Shown piece by piece: positions 22,073 through 31,585 of a DNA stretch of 64,000 nt. A program made the position numbers and the translations under genes. The stretch lies in NCBI RefSeq assembly GCF_039541115.1, contig NZ_BAABFP010000008.1, positions 496,001 through 560,000 of the forward strand, written 5' to 3'. The notes beneath the pieces are model-generated. The model did no database searches. It had not been told where the DNA came from and was given only the letters and a program-made list of their open reading frames with translations. The first letter of the stretch is position 1; the number at the start of each line of letters is the position of its first letter. The DNA comes from Angustibacter luteus. Its GTDB lineage: Bacteria; Actinomycetota; Actinomycetes; Actinomycetales; Angustibacteraceae.

Positions 22073-22822
22073 ATGACCGAGAAGACAGCGAACACCTCTC
22101 CCTCCCGGGTGGCCCTGGTGACCGGCGGGTCGCAGGGCCTCGGCCTCGCGCTGACCCGCGAGCTCGTGAGCCGCGGCTGGCACGTCGTCACCGACGCCCG
22201 CAACGGCGAGCGGCTGCGGGCCGCCGTCACCGGCCTGGGGGACGCCGTCACCGCCGTCCCCGGGGACGTCACCGATGCGGCGCACCGGGCCGAGCTCGTG
22301 GCCGCCGCGGCCGGTGCCGGCGGCCTGGACCTGCTGGTGCACAACGCGAGCGCGCTCGGCGCCAGCCCCCTGCCGACCTTGACGGTGTACCCGGCGGACA
22401 CCCTGCACGAGGTCTTCGCAACCAACGTCGTGGCGCCGGTCGCCCTGACCGCCCAGGCGATCCGCCTGCTCACCGCCGCTTCGCCGGACGGCCGCCGTCC
22501 CGTCGTCCTGGCCATCAGCTCGGACGCCGCCGTCGAGGCGTACGAGGGGTGGGGCGGGTACGGCGCGTCGAAGGCGGCGCTGGACCACGTGGCCCAGGTC
22601 CTGGCCGTGGAGCACCCCGACCTGACCGTGTACGCGGTCGACCCGGGCGACCTGCGGACCCAGATGCACCAGGACGCCTTCCCCGGCCAGGACATCAGCG
22701 ACCGACCACTGCCGAGCACGGTCGCCCCCACGCTCGTCGACCTGGTCACCTCCGGCCGGCCCAGTGGGCGCTACCGCGCCGCCGACCTCGCCCTCGAGAC
22801 CGGCCGACAGGTCAGCGCATGA
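22073..22822 (+). CDS. Short-chain dehydrogenase/reductase
   Basis: TGGSQGLG, HNAS, YGASK. Confidence 0.92.
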   Translation: MTEKTANTSPSRVALVTGGSQGLGLALTRELVSRGWHVVTDARNGERLRAAVTGLGDAVTAVPGDVTDAAHRAELVAAAAGAGGLDLLVHNASALGASPLPTLTVYPADTLHEVFATNVVAPVALTAQAIRLLTAASPDGRRPVVLAISSDAAVEAYEGWGGYGASKAALDHVAQVLAVEHPDLTVYAVDPGDLRTQMHQDAFPGQDISDRPLPSTVAPTLVDLVTSGRPSGRYRAADLALETGRQVSA

Positions 22823-23889
22823 GCGCCACGCCCGCGCCGGCGGCGATCCCGCTCGCGCAGACCCGATTCGACCCCCGCCCGGGCAGCGACGCCACGAGCC
22901 CGGCAGAGCACCGCGGCCTGGCCCGAGACGGGGTGCGCCTGCTCGACGTCCGCCCAGACGCGCTACGGCACCGGCTGTTCCGCGACCTGCCTGACCTCCT
23001 GCAGCCCGGCGACCTGCTGGTCGTGAACACGTCCGCCACGGTCCCGGCGTCGTTGCCCGCGCGTCGACGCGAGGGGCCACCCGCCCGGGTGCACGTCTCC
23101 ACCACGCTGGACGACGGCACCTGGGTGGTCGAACCGCGGTTGCCCGACGGGAGCGGCCCGGACCTCTCGCTACGGGCTGGCGACCTGCTCCGTCTGCCCG
23201 GCGGCGCTCGACTGCGGCTGCTCGACGGCTACCCCGAACCGGCGCGGACGACGTCCCGGCTGTGGCGGGCGGCCCCGTCCGCCGGGCTCGACGTGGGCCC
23301 GTTCCTGGCCCGGCACGGGCGCCCCATCGAGTACGGCTACCTGGATGCGGCGTACGACCTGGCCGACCACCAGACGGTCTACGCGAGCGAGCCCGGCAGC
23401 GCGGAGATGCCCAGTGCCGGGCGCCCGTTCACCGCCGACCTGCTGGTCCGGCTGATGGCTCGCGGGGTGAGCATCGCCCCGATCGTCCTGCACTGCGGGG
23501 TGTCCAGCCAGGAGGCGCACGAACCGCCACTGCCCGAACGCTTCGAGGTACCGCCGGACACCGCCCGGCTGGTCCGCAGCGCGACGGGTGCCGGGCGGCG
23601 GGTGGTCGCGGTCGGCACCACCGTCGTCCGAGCGCTGGAGTCCGCGGTCGCGGCGGACGGGCGGGTCCGCGGCGCCAGCGGGTGGACGGACCTCGTGATC
23701 GGCCCGGACCACCTGCCGCGCGCCGTCACCGGGCTGCTCACCGGGCTGCACGCACCGCAGGCCAGCCACCTGCTGATGCTCGAAGCCGTGGCCGGCCAGG
23801 CGCTCGTCGCCCGCGCCTACGACAGCGCCGTCCGGTCGTCGTACCTGTGGCACGAGTTCGGGGACTCGATGCTCTTCCTACCCTCGTAG
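22819..23889 (+). CDS. QueA-like (SAM:tRNA ribosyltransferase-isomerase family) protein
   Basis: DLLVVNTS, QTVYASEPGSAEMPSAG, VAVGTTVVRALES, TGLH, YLWHEFGDSML. Confidence 0.85.
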   Translation: MSATPAPAAIPLAQTRFDPRPGSDATSPAEHRGLARDGVRLLDVRPDALRHRLFRDLPDLLQPGDLLVVNTSATVPASLPARRREGPPARVHVSTTLDDGTWVVEPRLPDGSGPDLSLRAGDLLRLPGGARLRLLDGYPEPARTTSRLWRAAPSAGLDVGPFLARHGRPIEYGYLDAAYDLADHQTVYASEPGSAEMPSAGRPFTADLLVRLMARGVSIAPIVLHCGVSSQEAHEPPLPERFEVPPDTARLVRSATGAGRRVVAVGTTVVRALESAVAADGRVRGASGWTDLVIGPDHLPRAVTGLLTGLHAPQASHLLMLEAVAGQALVARAYDSAVRSSYLWHEFGDSMLFLPS

Positions 23890-23958
23890 GTCCTGCCGGC
23901 CAGCGGCCCCGGTCGCGACCGGCTCAGGTCACGACCGCGGGGTGCCGACATCGATGGG

Positions 23959-24594
23959 GTGCGGATCCTGGTCGGCGCGGCCGTCGTCGCGCTCAGCGTC
24001 GGCTGGCTCGTGGCCGGCCGGTTCCGCACGCCCCGGACGTGGCGGGTGCTCCCGGCACTGGTGGCGTTGCCCGCCCTCGCCTTCACCCTCAACGAGGTGC
24101 GCTGGTGGCACTTCGAGCACGGCCTGGCGGACGCGGTCCGACCCGTCCTGGCCGGCCACGACTCCGGTTTCGGCTGCGAGCGCCTGATGCACGACTTCTT
24201 CAGCAGCCAGGGCCGGTCCGGGCACGTGTGGTTCGACGCGAACGGTGTGCCGGCTCGCGAGGCCTTCCTGTCGATGGACACCTGCGCGGGAGTCAAGGCG
24301 TACCAGCACGATCCGCGGTCCGCCTCAATGGCCGACGTGGTGGCGGTACACACCGTGACGCACGAGGCGGAGCACCTGGCCGGGCAACGCAGCGAGGCCG
24401 TCGCCGAGTGCTCGGCCATCCAGGCCGACGCGCGGGTGATGGTGGCTCTCGGCGCGGACGCCGCCACCGCCCGGGCGCAGACCCGGTCGTACCTGACGAC
24501 GATCTACCCGCGCCTGTCCGGCGACTACGTGGACGGCGAGTGCCGGGCCGACGGCACCCTGGACCGCACGCCCGGGGACGGCGTCTGGCCCTGA
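23959..24594 (+). CDS. Membrane-anchored hypothetical protein with HExxH motif
   Basis: Two N-terminal TM, THEAEHLAG..SEA, paired cysteines. Confidence 0.65.
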   Translation: MRILVGAAVVALSVGWLVAGRFRTPRTWRVLPALVALPALAFTLNEVRWWHFEHGLADAVRPVLAGHDSGFGCERLMHDFFSSQGRSGHVWFDANGVPAREAFLSMDTCAGVKAYQHDPRSASMADVVAVHTVTHEAEHLAGQRSEAVAECSAIQADARVMVALGADAATARAQTRSYLTTIYPRLSGDYVDGECRADGTLDRTPGDGVWP

Positions 24595-24598
24595 CTGG

Positions 24599-25480
24599 TC
24601 AGGTGCGGATCGGGTCGGCGTACTGGCCGGACCGGGCCAGCTCGAGCGCGTCGTCCAGGGCCTTGAGCACGTACGGCGGCACGTACATGCCCTGCTGACC
24701 CGCCCACAGCAGCTCGCGCTCCACCACGGAGATCTGGTGCGCGTAGGCGGGCAGGCCGTCCGTCAGGTCCAGGCTCTGCACGAGCTCGCCGAACTGGGCC
24801 CGCTGCACCTCGTTGTTGGCCCCGACCAGCCCGAACGACCGACGGCGCAGCACGCGGGCCAGGTGCACTTGCCAGGGGGCCAGCACGCGGTGCTGGATCA
24901 TCCACCGCGCGGACAGCGCGTAGTAGGCGAAGTGGCCCGGCTCCTGCCGCTTGATCTGGTCGATCACCGTGCGGGCGATGGCGTGCTCACCGAGCCGGCG
25001 CATCCCGCCGGACAGCCGCCCGTAGGCCAGCACCGCGGACTTCTCCGTGGCCGCACCGGTCAGGTAGTACAGCAGTCGCGTGACCTCGTGCACCGGGCGC
25101 AGGTGGGAGAGCGCGCCCAGGACCCGGATCTTGGCGCTGACCGTCTCGGTGTCCGGCGCCGCGGCCGGGCGACCCAGGTCCTGCTGCAGGCGGTCCAGGA
25201 TCAAGCCGTGCTGGGTCTCCTGCGGCTGCCAGACGTCGCGGTAGAACGTCCGGTCGGTCTGGTTGGCGTCCGGCAGCAGGGTCAGCAGCTCCAGGACGTT
25301 GCGGTCGACCTCGAGCTCGACCCGGGCCAGGTAGTCGATGACGTGGCCGTACTCGCTCAGGACCAGGTGGGGGCGCCGGACGGTGCGGTCCACGCTGTCC
25401 AGACTGATCGGCGGGTGCAGCTCACCGAGACGGTGCACGTGGTCGCGCAGCGCCGTCTCGGTCACCAACGCCTTGCCCAT
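24599..25480 (-). CDS. Ferritin-like / acyl-ACP-desaturase-like diiron protein
   Basis: WQPQETQHG and QEPGHF ExxH pairs; GGAGG RBS. Confidence 0.65.
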   Translation of the reverse strand: MGKALVTETALRDHVHRLGELHPPISLDSVDRTVRRPHLVLSEYGHVIDYLARVELEVDRNVLELLTLLPDANQTDRTFYRDVWQPQETQHGLILDRLQQDLGRPAAAPDTETVSAKIRVLGALSHLRPVHEVTRLLYYLTGAATEKSAVLAYGRLSGGMRRLGEHAIARTVIDQIKRQEPGHFAYYALSARWMIQHRVLAPWQVHLARVLRRRSFGLVGANNEVQRAQFGELVQSLDLTDGLPAYAHQISVVERELLWAGQQGMYVPPYVLKALDDALELARSGQYADPIRT

Positions 25481-25555
25481 CTCGCCTCCTTCGACCTCGA
25501 GGTCGCATCGTGCCATGTCATGCAGCACAACGTCAGGAGGCCCGGAATCATCCCG

Positions 25556-26689
25556 CTAGGCGGGAGCGGGCTCCTGTGGCGGGGTCGGCGGGCTGGCTGG
25601 CGGGGTGGCCGGGTCGGCTGGTTGGTCGGATGGCGTGGGCCCGATGAACATCTCGGCCCAGGCCACCTTGGGGTCGGCATCGATCAGGAACGCCCGCACC
25701 AGCAGGCTCATCGGGACGGCCAGCAGCGCACCGACCGGTCCCAGCAAGAAGGTCCACAACACCATGGACAGGAACGTCATCGTGGTGCTGAACCCGACGG
25801 CGTCGCCCACGAAGCGAGGCTGGATGAACGTCTGCAGCACCACGTTGATGACGCAGTAGACGGCGATGACGGCGAAGAACGTCCCCCAGCCGCCGCTCAG
25901 CAGGCCCAGCAGCGCCGGCGGGATCAGCCCGATGATGAAGCCGATGTTGGGGATGAAGTTCGTCAGGAACGACAGCAGGCCCCAGACCAGAGGCAGGGGC
26001 ACACCAAGAGCCCACAGCGCCAACGTGTCCAGCGTCGCCACGATCAGGCCGAACACGGTGGTGACGATCAGGTAGCTCTGCGTCCCGTTGATGAAGCGGG
26101 TCAGCGCGTCGGCCAGCTCCGGTCGCACCTTCCGCAGGAGCTCACCCCGAGCCGGCATCGCCGTCGACTCGAAGGCCAGGAAGAACAGCAGCGTGACGAG
26201 GAAGAACAGGTTGCTGGCCGCACCGAGCACGCCGGACAGCAGGTCCCCGACCAGGCCGAGGACCTTGCCGAAGTCGATCTGGGACAACGCCTTCTGCGTC
26301 CCGCTGGTGCTGAGCCCCGCCTGGTCGAGCTGCTGCGACAGCTGGTGGACCATGTCCTGGGCCTTCTGTGCGTACTCGGGCAGCGTCGAGGCCAGCTGGA
26401 CGGCGGAGATGGCCACGCCGCCGGCGAGGACGAGCACCAGGAGGTACGCCGCGATCATCCCGAGCAGGGTCGCCGCCCAGCCGGGCCAGCCCTTGCGTCG
26501 GGCCCACCGCGGGATGGGGCCGACGGCGATCGTCAGCACGAGGGACAGCATGATCGGGGTCACGATGCCCTGGGCGCCCTTGAGCCCGGCACCGATCACC
26601 ACCGCAGCCGCAGTGCCCAACAGGACCACCAGTGCCCGGGACAGTCCCGGCCCGGAGTCCGGGGCACCCACCTGCGAGTCGACAGCCAT
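25556..26689 (-). CDS. AI-2E family transporter
   Basis: Multi-TM, FLTNFIPNIG, IQPRFVG, GALLAVP. Confidence 0.92.
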   Translation of the reverse strand: MAVDSQVGAPDSGPGLSRALVVLLGTAAAVVIGAGLKGAQGIVTPIMLSLVLTIAVGPIPRWARRKGWPGWAATLLGMIAAYLLVLVLAGGVAISAVQLASTLPEYAQKAQDMVHQLSQQLDQAGLSTSGTQKALSQIDFGKVLGLVGDLLSGVLGAASNLFFLVTLLFFLAFESTAMPARGELLRKVRPELADALTRFINGTQSYLIVTTVFGLIVATLDTLALWALGVPLPLVWGLLSFLTNFIPNIGFIIGLIPPALLGLLSGGWGTFFAVIAVYCVINVVLQTFIQPRFVGDAVGFSTTMTFLSMVLWTFLLGPVGALLAVPMSLLVRAFLIDADPKVAWAEMFIGPTPSDQPADPATPPASPPTPPQEPAPA

Positions 26690-26747
26690 GCCGGTCCCTT
26701 TCTGCCGCAGTGAACCACTGCGCACGCTAGGGACCGGTACCGATCAC

Positions 26748-26774
26748 CCGCCTCCCCCGTTGTGGGTGAGGCGG
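26748..26774. promoter_or_regulatory. Palindromic operator CCGCCTCCCCC-N5-GGGTGAGGCGG between divergent genes
   Basis: 11-bp arms, one mismatch; near-identical site at 33743-33767. Confidence 0.65.
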
Positions 26775-26857
26775 CGTCGCCACCACGGACTCATGCTGAG
26801 CAGGCTGGGCCGCCCACGGGCAGCGCCAGTTCGTCAGCCGCCGGGATGGGAGGCCTC

Positions 26858-27088
26858 GTGGGAGAGTATGCGATCCGCGTCTCGGGGCGACTGTCCGACG
26901 CCCTGCTCAGCGCCTTCCCGACGTTGCACCAGCAGCCGCTGCCCGTGCAGACGCTGCTGTGGGGAGACCTGCCGGACCAGGCTGCGCTGCAAGGCGTCCT
27001 GGACTCCCTCGACGAGCTCGGGGTGGAGATCCTCGAGGTCAACCAGCTGCCGGACCGGTCGAACGAGCAGGCCGAGCACCCGGCCTGA
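26858..27088 (+). CDS. Small conserved hypothetical protein
   Basis: GGGAGG RBS, YAIRVSGRL...DQAALQGVL..L..LGVEILEV pattern often seen beside MalT-like regulators. Confidence 0.7.
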   Translation: MGEYAIRVSGRLSDALLSAFPTLHQQPLPVQTLLWGDLPDQAALQGVLDSLDELGVEILEVNQLPDRSNEQAEHPA

Positions 27089-27101
27089 CCTGATCCGCGG
27101 C

Positions 27102-29792
27102 TCAGCCGGGCAGCATCCCGGCCTCACGCGCCGACCGCAGCGCCTCGGCCCGCCGGGTGGCACCGAGCTTGCGGTAGAGCGAGGCCAGGTGCGTCTTCAC
27201 CGTGTTCTCGGTGATGTACAACGTGGCCGCGATGTCGGTGTAGGAGCCGCCGAGCGACAGCTCCCGCAGGACGTCCAGCTCCCGGGAGGTCAGGTCGATG
27301 ACCATGCCGGACGTCGTCCCGGCGGCCGACGTGAGGTCCACGACCAGCGGCGGCGCCGGCCGCTCGCGGGCCGCTCGGGCCGTCGCCTGCGCGGGGATGG
27401 ATCGCCCACCGCCCAACCGGGTCAGGGTGTCGAGCAGGTCCGCGGCGGCGGGGTGCGCATCGTCGCGGGCCGCTTCTCCCGCCAGCAGGTGCACGAACTC
27501 CGGGGCCCGGCCGACGTCGGCGAGCACCAACCGTCGATGCGGCCCGACCCGTGACAGCAGACCGCGCAGCTGGTGCTCCGCGTCCTCGATCTCACCGTCC
27601 CGCAACGACATCCACGTCCGGTGAACCGCCGCTGCGGCGCCGACGCTCTGCCGCCGGGCGCCCGGCCGGCACGCCTCGAGCAACTCGTCGAGGGCGGCCG
27701 CACTGGCGGACGGGTCGCCCCGCAGGTCCAGCACCACGGCGTCCACCAGCGAGGCGTCCGCGGACTTCCCCAGAGCGCGCAGCTCGGCGGCCGCCTCCAC
27801 CGCGTCGTCGACGTCCGCGGCCAGCAGCGCGAGCCAGCCCCGCAGCTCGGCGTACCAGCGGCGCAGGAAGCGCGGCACGACGCCGGGCACCGGCGGCGGC
27901 GAGTCCAGGTAGCTGCGGGCCTCCTGCACCTGGCCGGCGTGCGCGAGCAGGTGGCACTCGATCAGGTGCACCAGCACGTCGACCACGACGTCCAGCTCAC
28001 CGGCGGCCTCCCGGCGCACCAGCCGGACATGCTGCTCGCTGAGCTCCAGGTCGAGGTCGTTCAGCGCGACCCAGGCGTGCACCACGTGGGCTGAGGCGAC
28101 GAAGGTCGCCTGCTGCTGGGCCGTCTCCTGCACGCGAGCGATCACCTCGCGGGCGCGCCGGTCGGCGGACGAGTACGAGCCTCGAGCCAGGTCCACCAGG
28201 CTGGCGTAGGCCATCGCCTCGATGACAGGGAGGTCGGCGCCCTGGGCGCGAGCAACGACGAGCGCAGCGTCCAGGTGCTCGTGAGCGGCGTCCAGCTGGC
28301 CCGCCCAGCACTCCACCACCGCCAGCTCGATGAGCAGCCAGGCCCGCGCGCCGTCGGCCGCCCGCCCGGCGTCGGGCCCGTGGGACTCACCATCGACGGC
28401 CCCCCGCTCGAGCCGGCGCCGGGCCGCCCCGATGGCGTCCGTCGCCGGCAGCAGTCCGGTCCGCGCCAACCAGCAGAGCAGGATCGGCTCGCCGACCCCC
28501 CAGGCCGTACTGGGGTGAGCCTGCGGGCCGACGCCGAGGGCGAGCGCCTGGCCGGCCAGTTGGGTGGCCCGCTTGAGGTCGCCGGCCGCGCGCCGCTCGA
28601 GAGCGCGCAGCACCGCGAGCCCGGCGTCCCCGTCGCCCAGGTCGTCGGGCACGGCGTCCAGTGCCATCCCCACCAGCTCCCGCTCGCCGTTCGCGATCAG
28701 CCCGAGCCCGTGGGTTCGAAGGAGCTCCACCAGCTGCCCGGCGTCGTCGAGGTGGGTGGCGTGCCGCAGCGCCGTCGCCATGTCTCCGTGCTGGCCACTC
28801 ACCTGCACGATGCGCGCCTCGGCGGCTTCGTGCAGCTCGTGCTCGGGGCCATCACTCACGACGCGACGCCGCAGCAGCTCCTGCAGCAACGGGTGGTAGT
28901 GCCAGGCCGTCTCGCCCGACGCGTCCCGCGCCGCCGTGACCAGCAGGCCCTCCGCCGCCATCCGAGCGATCAGCGTGGCGGCACCGGCGTCGGCCGACAT
29001 GACCACCGCCTCGCTCGCCGTCACCAGGTCGTTGCTGCACGTGCACAGCAGCACGTGCCGGGTGCGGGCGTCGAGGGTCTCGAAGACCTCCCCGAGCAGG
29101 TAGTCCAGCACCGGTTGCTCGGTGGTGGACAACGCCTCTCGGGCGGTCACCGGGTCGGTAGCGGCCGCCAGCGCCCGGGCGCCGAGGACGAGTGCGGCCG
29201 CCCAGCCCTGGCCGCGGTCGCGGATGATCTGGACGTCGGCCGCAGCGGCACCGTTCGCGTGCGCCGTGATCAACCGGGACGCCTCGCGGTCGGTGAACCG
29301 CAGGTGGGTGGCGCGGATCGTGGTGACCTGGCCGGCCAGCTCCAGCCGGACGAGGGGCAGCATCAGGTCGCGACGGCTGGCCAGCACGATGCGGACGCGG
29401 CCGTCGCCGTCCGCCAGCAGCTCGCCGACCGCCCGCAGGTCGGCCGCCGCCAGCAGGTGCGCGTCGTCGAGCACGACCACGGTGCGACCCTTGGCCTCGC
29501 TGGCGCGGGCCAGGGCGTCCACGACACCGGACGCGACGCGTGGCCGCGCGCGTCGGCAGTCCAGCCACAGCACCCGGCGCTTGCGCGCGGACTGCTGCGC
29601 CGCCCACCCGCGCAGCATCGCGCTCTTGCCGGACCCGGCAGGGGCGACGACCACGGTCAGCGGGCGGGTGGTCGCCTCGTCCAGCAGCTCGTCGAGCCGT
29701 GGCCGTGGCACCCAGTTGCCCGGAAGATCGCGCGCGAAGATGGGATGCGCGGCGATGGCGCCGCCCTCCACCCCTGAAGGCAAGCCGACCAC
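27102..29792 (-). CDS. MalT-like ATP-binding LuxR-family regulator
   Basis: APAGSGKS Walker A, VLDDAH, YHPLLQELL, C-terminal LTSRELDVL..NTVKTHLASLYRKLG; start approximate. Confidence 0.9.
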   Translation of the reverse strand: MVGLPSGVEGGAIAAHPIFARDLPGNWVPRPRLDELLDEATTRPLTVVVAPAGSGKSAMLRGWAAQQSARKRRVLWLDCRRARPRVASGVVDALARASEAKGRTVVVLDDAHLLAAADLRAVGELLADGDGRVRIVLASRRDLMLPLVRLELAGQVTTIRATHLRFTDREASRLITAHANGAAAADVQIIRDRGQGWAAALVLGARALAAATDPVTAREALSTTEQPVLDYLLGEVFETLDARTRHVLLCTCSNDLVTASEAVVMSADAGAATLIARMAAEGLLVTAARDASGETAWHYHPLLQELLRRRVVSDGPEHELHEAAEARIVQVSGQHGDMATALRHATHLDDAGQLVELLRTHGLGLIANGERELVGMALDAVPDDLGDGDAGLAVLRALERRAAGDLKRATQLAGQALALGVGPQAHPSTAWGVGEPILLCWLARTGLLPATDAIGAARRRLERGAVDGESHGPDAGRAADGARAWLLIELAVVECWAGQLDAAHEHLDAALVVARAQGADLPVIEAMAYASLVDLARGSYSSADRRAREVIARVQETAQQQATFVASAHVVHAWVALNDLDLELSEQHVRLVRREAAGELDVVVDVLVHLIECHLLAHAGQVQEARSYLDSPPPVPGVVPRFLRRWYAELRGWLALLAADVDDAVEAAAELRALGKSADASLVDAVVLDLRGDPSASAAALDELLEACRPGARRQSVGAAAAVHRTWMSLRDGEIEDAEHQLRGLLSRVGPHRRLVLADVGRAPEFVHLLAGEAARDDAHPAAADLLDTLTRLGGGRSIPAQATARAARERPAPPLVVDLTSAAGTTSGMVIDLTSRELDVLRELSLGGSYTDIAATLYITENTVKTHLASLYRKLGATRRAEALRSAREAGMLPG

Positions 29793-29866
29793 CCCTCCCC
29801 GGTTGGACGACGGTGCCCAGCGTGCCCGACGTCCCACCGAAGCACAACGACAAACGGGTCTCGGTC

Positions 29867-31585
29867 TCAGGATCCGTCCTCGTCGCCGACGGGCGGGTCC
29901 CGGTGCTGCACGAGCCACGCGCGGGCCTCGCTCACGGCCCGCAGGGTCGAGTCGCCGACCACCTCGGTGGCCTCGAACACGTGCAGGTTCCCCCGCGCGT
30001 CCTGGGAGTACGAGCGCTGGAACCGTTGCAGCATCTCGGGATCGACCCCGCTCAGGTACAGCGTGCCGTTCCGCTCGGCGAGCTGGTTGCTGTACGTCGT
30101 CACCACCGCGAAGAACGTCGCCCCCAACGTCGTCCGCCCCCGCAGCCGCAGCACGACCACCGGCGACACCGACCCGACCGCGCTGGGCAGACGTGCCTGC
30201 AAGGTGCGCGCCCCGGCGTACAGCAGGCTGCCGTACACGTCGAGGACCGTGACAGCGTGCGAGGGCAGCGTCCCGGGCGCCGTAGCCTGCACGAACCGCC
30301 CGCCGTGCTCCACCCGCAGCTCGACCACCGACAGGTCCATCGCCTCGCGGTTCAGCTGCAGCACCAGCGAGGTGATCAGCCCGATCGCGACCGCCGCGGC
30401 GACCGGGAGCAGCAGGGTGGCGACGAACGTCACCGTCATGGCGATCTTTGCCGTGCTGCCGGTGCGCCAGACCGTCGCGATCTCGGCCGGCGCCAGGGTG
30501 CCGAGCCCGACGACGATGAGCACGGCGGCGAGCGTCGCCGAGGCGACCTGCGAGACGACACCCGACAGCGCGACGAGGATCAGCAGCATCCAGAGCCCGG
30601 CGAAGACCGAGGCCCAGCGGCTGCGCGCCTTCAGCGAGACGTTCAGCGCGGTGCCGCTCACCGACCCGCCTACCGGGATGCCGTGCACGAGCGAGCTCGC
30701 CACGTTGGCCACGCCCTGGGCCACGAAGTCGGCATTGGTGTCGGCCGGCACGTCACCCTTGTTCGGCGCGGCCTCGGCGACGCCGGCGCCCTGCACCAGG
30801 ACGATGACCGCCACGGCCAGCGCCCCGGACAGCACCTGCGGCGTCACGTCGCTCAGACGCGGGAACGCCAGTGGCGGCAGCCCGGACGGGATTGCACCCG
30901 AGTCGGCGATGAGCTGGACGCTGTCCGCGTTGAGCAGGAGCGCGGCGACGGTGGGGATCGTGACGGCGGCCAGTGATGACCACAGCGCGAAGCGGGTGCG
31001 GTTCAGCAGCACGAGGATCGCGAGCGCGCTCAGGCCGACCGTGGCGGTGGGCCAGTCGATGCCGCTGGGGTGCAGCAGGACGTCGATGGCCTTGGTGAGG
31101 TTGATGCTCTGGTCCGTACTGGCCCCGAGCAGGTCCGGCACCTGTCCGAGCGAGATGTTGACGGCGACCCCGCTGAGGAAGCCGAGCATCACGGAGCGGG
31201 AGACGAACCGTACGTACCGCCCGAGGCGCAGCAGCCCGGCGACGAGCATGACGATCCCGGCAGCCATGGTCAGGACGACGAGCGCGCCCGCGCGGTCGTC
31301 GTCGGGCACCGACGCCAGCGCCGACCCGGCGGCCAGTGACGCCGCCGTGGTCGTCGTCACCACCATCATCCGGGTGCTGGCGGACAGCCCACCGAACGTC
31401 GGTCCGGCGAAGGTCGCGTACAGCCCGTACGCCGGGCTCACCCCGACCAAGGTCGCGCTGGCCATGCCGTCGGGCACCGAGCTGATCGCGTTCGGTAGGC
31501 CGGCCAGGACGTCGGCCTTGAGGTCCGCGCGTCGCGGGCGCACGCCCGACCACCAGCGCCCCACCAGCGCCAGGGGGCGGCTCAC
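29867..31585 (-). CDS. SulP-family anion transporter with STAS domain
   Basis: DVLAGL..VPDGMA, YGLYA, GFLSG, STAS C-terminus. Confidence 0.92.
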   Translation of the reverse strand: MSRPLALVGRWWSGVRPRRADLKADVLAGLPNAISSVPDGMASATLVGVSPAYGLYATFAGPTFGGLSASTRMMVVTTTTAASLAAGSALASVPDDDRAGALVVLTMAAGIVMLVAGLLRLGRYVRFVSRSVMLGFLSGVAVNISLGQVPDLLGASTDQSINLTKAIDVLLHPSGIDWPTATVGLSALAILVLLNRTRFALWSSLAAVTIPTVAALLLNADSVQLIADSGAIPSGLPPLAFPRLSDVTPQVLSGALAVAVIVLVQGAGVAEAAPNKGDVPADTNADFVAQGVANVASSLVHGIPVGGSVSGTALNVSLKARSRWASVFAGLWMLLILVALSGVVSQVASATLAAVLIVVGLGTLAPAEIATVWRTGSTAKIAMTVTFVATLLLPVAAAVAIGLITSLVLQLNREAMDLSVVELRVEHGGRFVQATAPGTLPSHAVTVLDVYGSLLYAGARTLQARLPSAVGSVSPVVVLRLRGRTTLGATFFAVVTTYSNQLAERNGTLYLSGVDPEMLQRFQRSYSQDARGNLHVFEATEVVGDSTLRAVSEARAWLVQHRDPPVGDEDGS

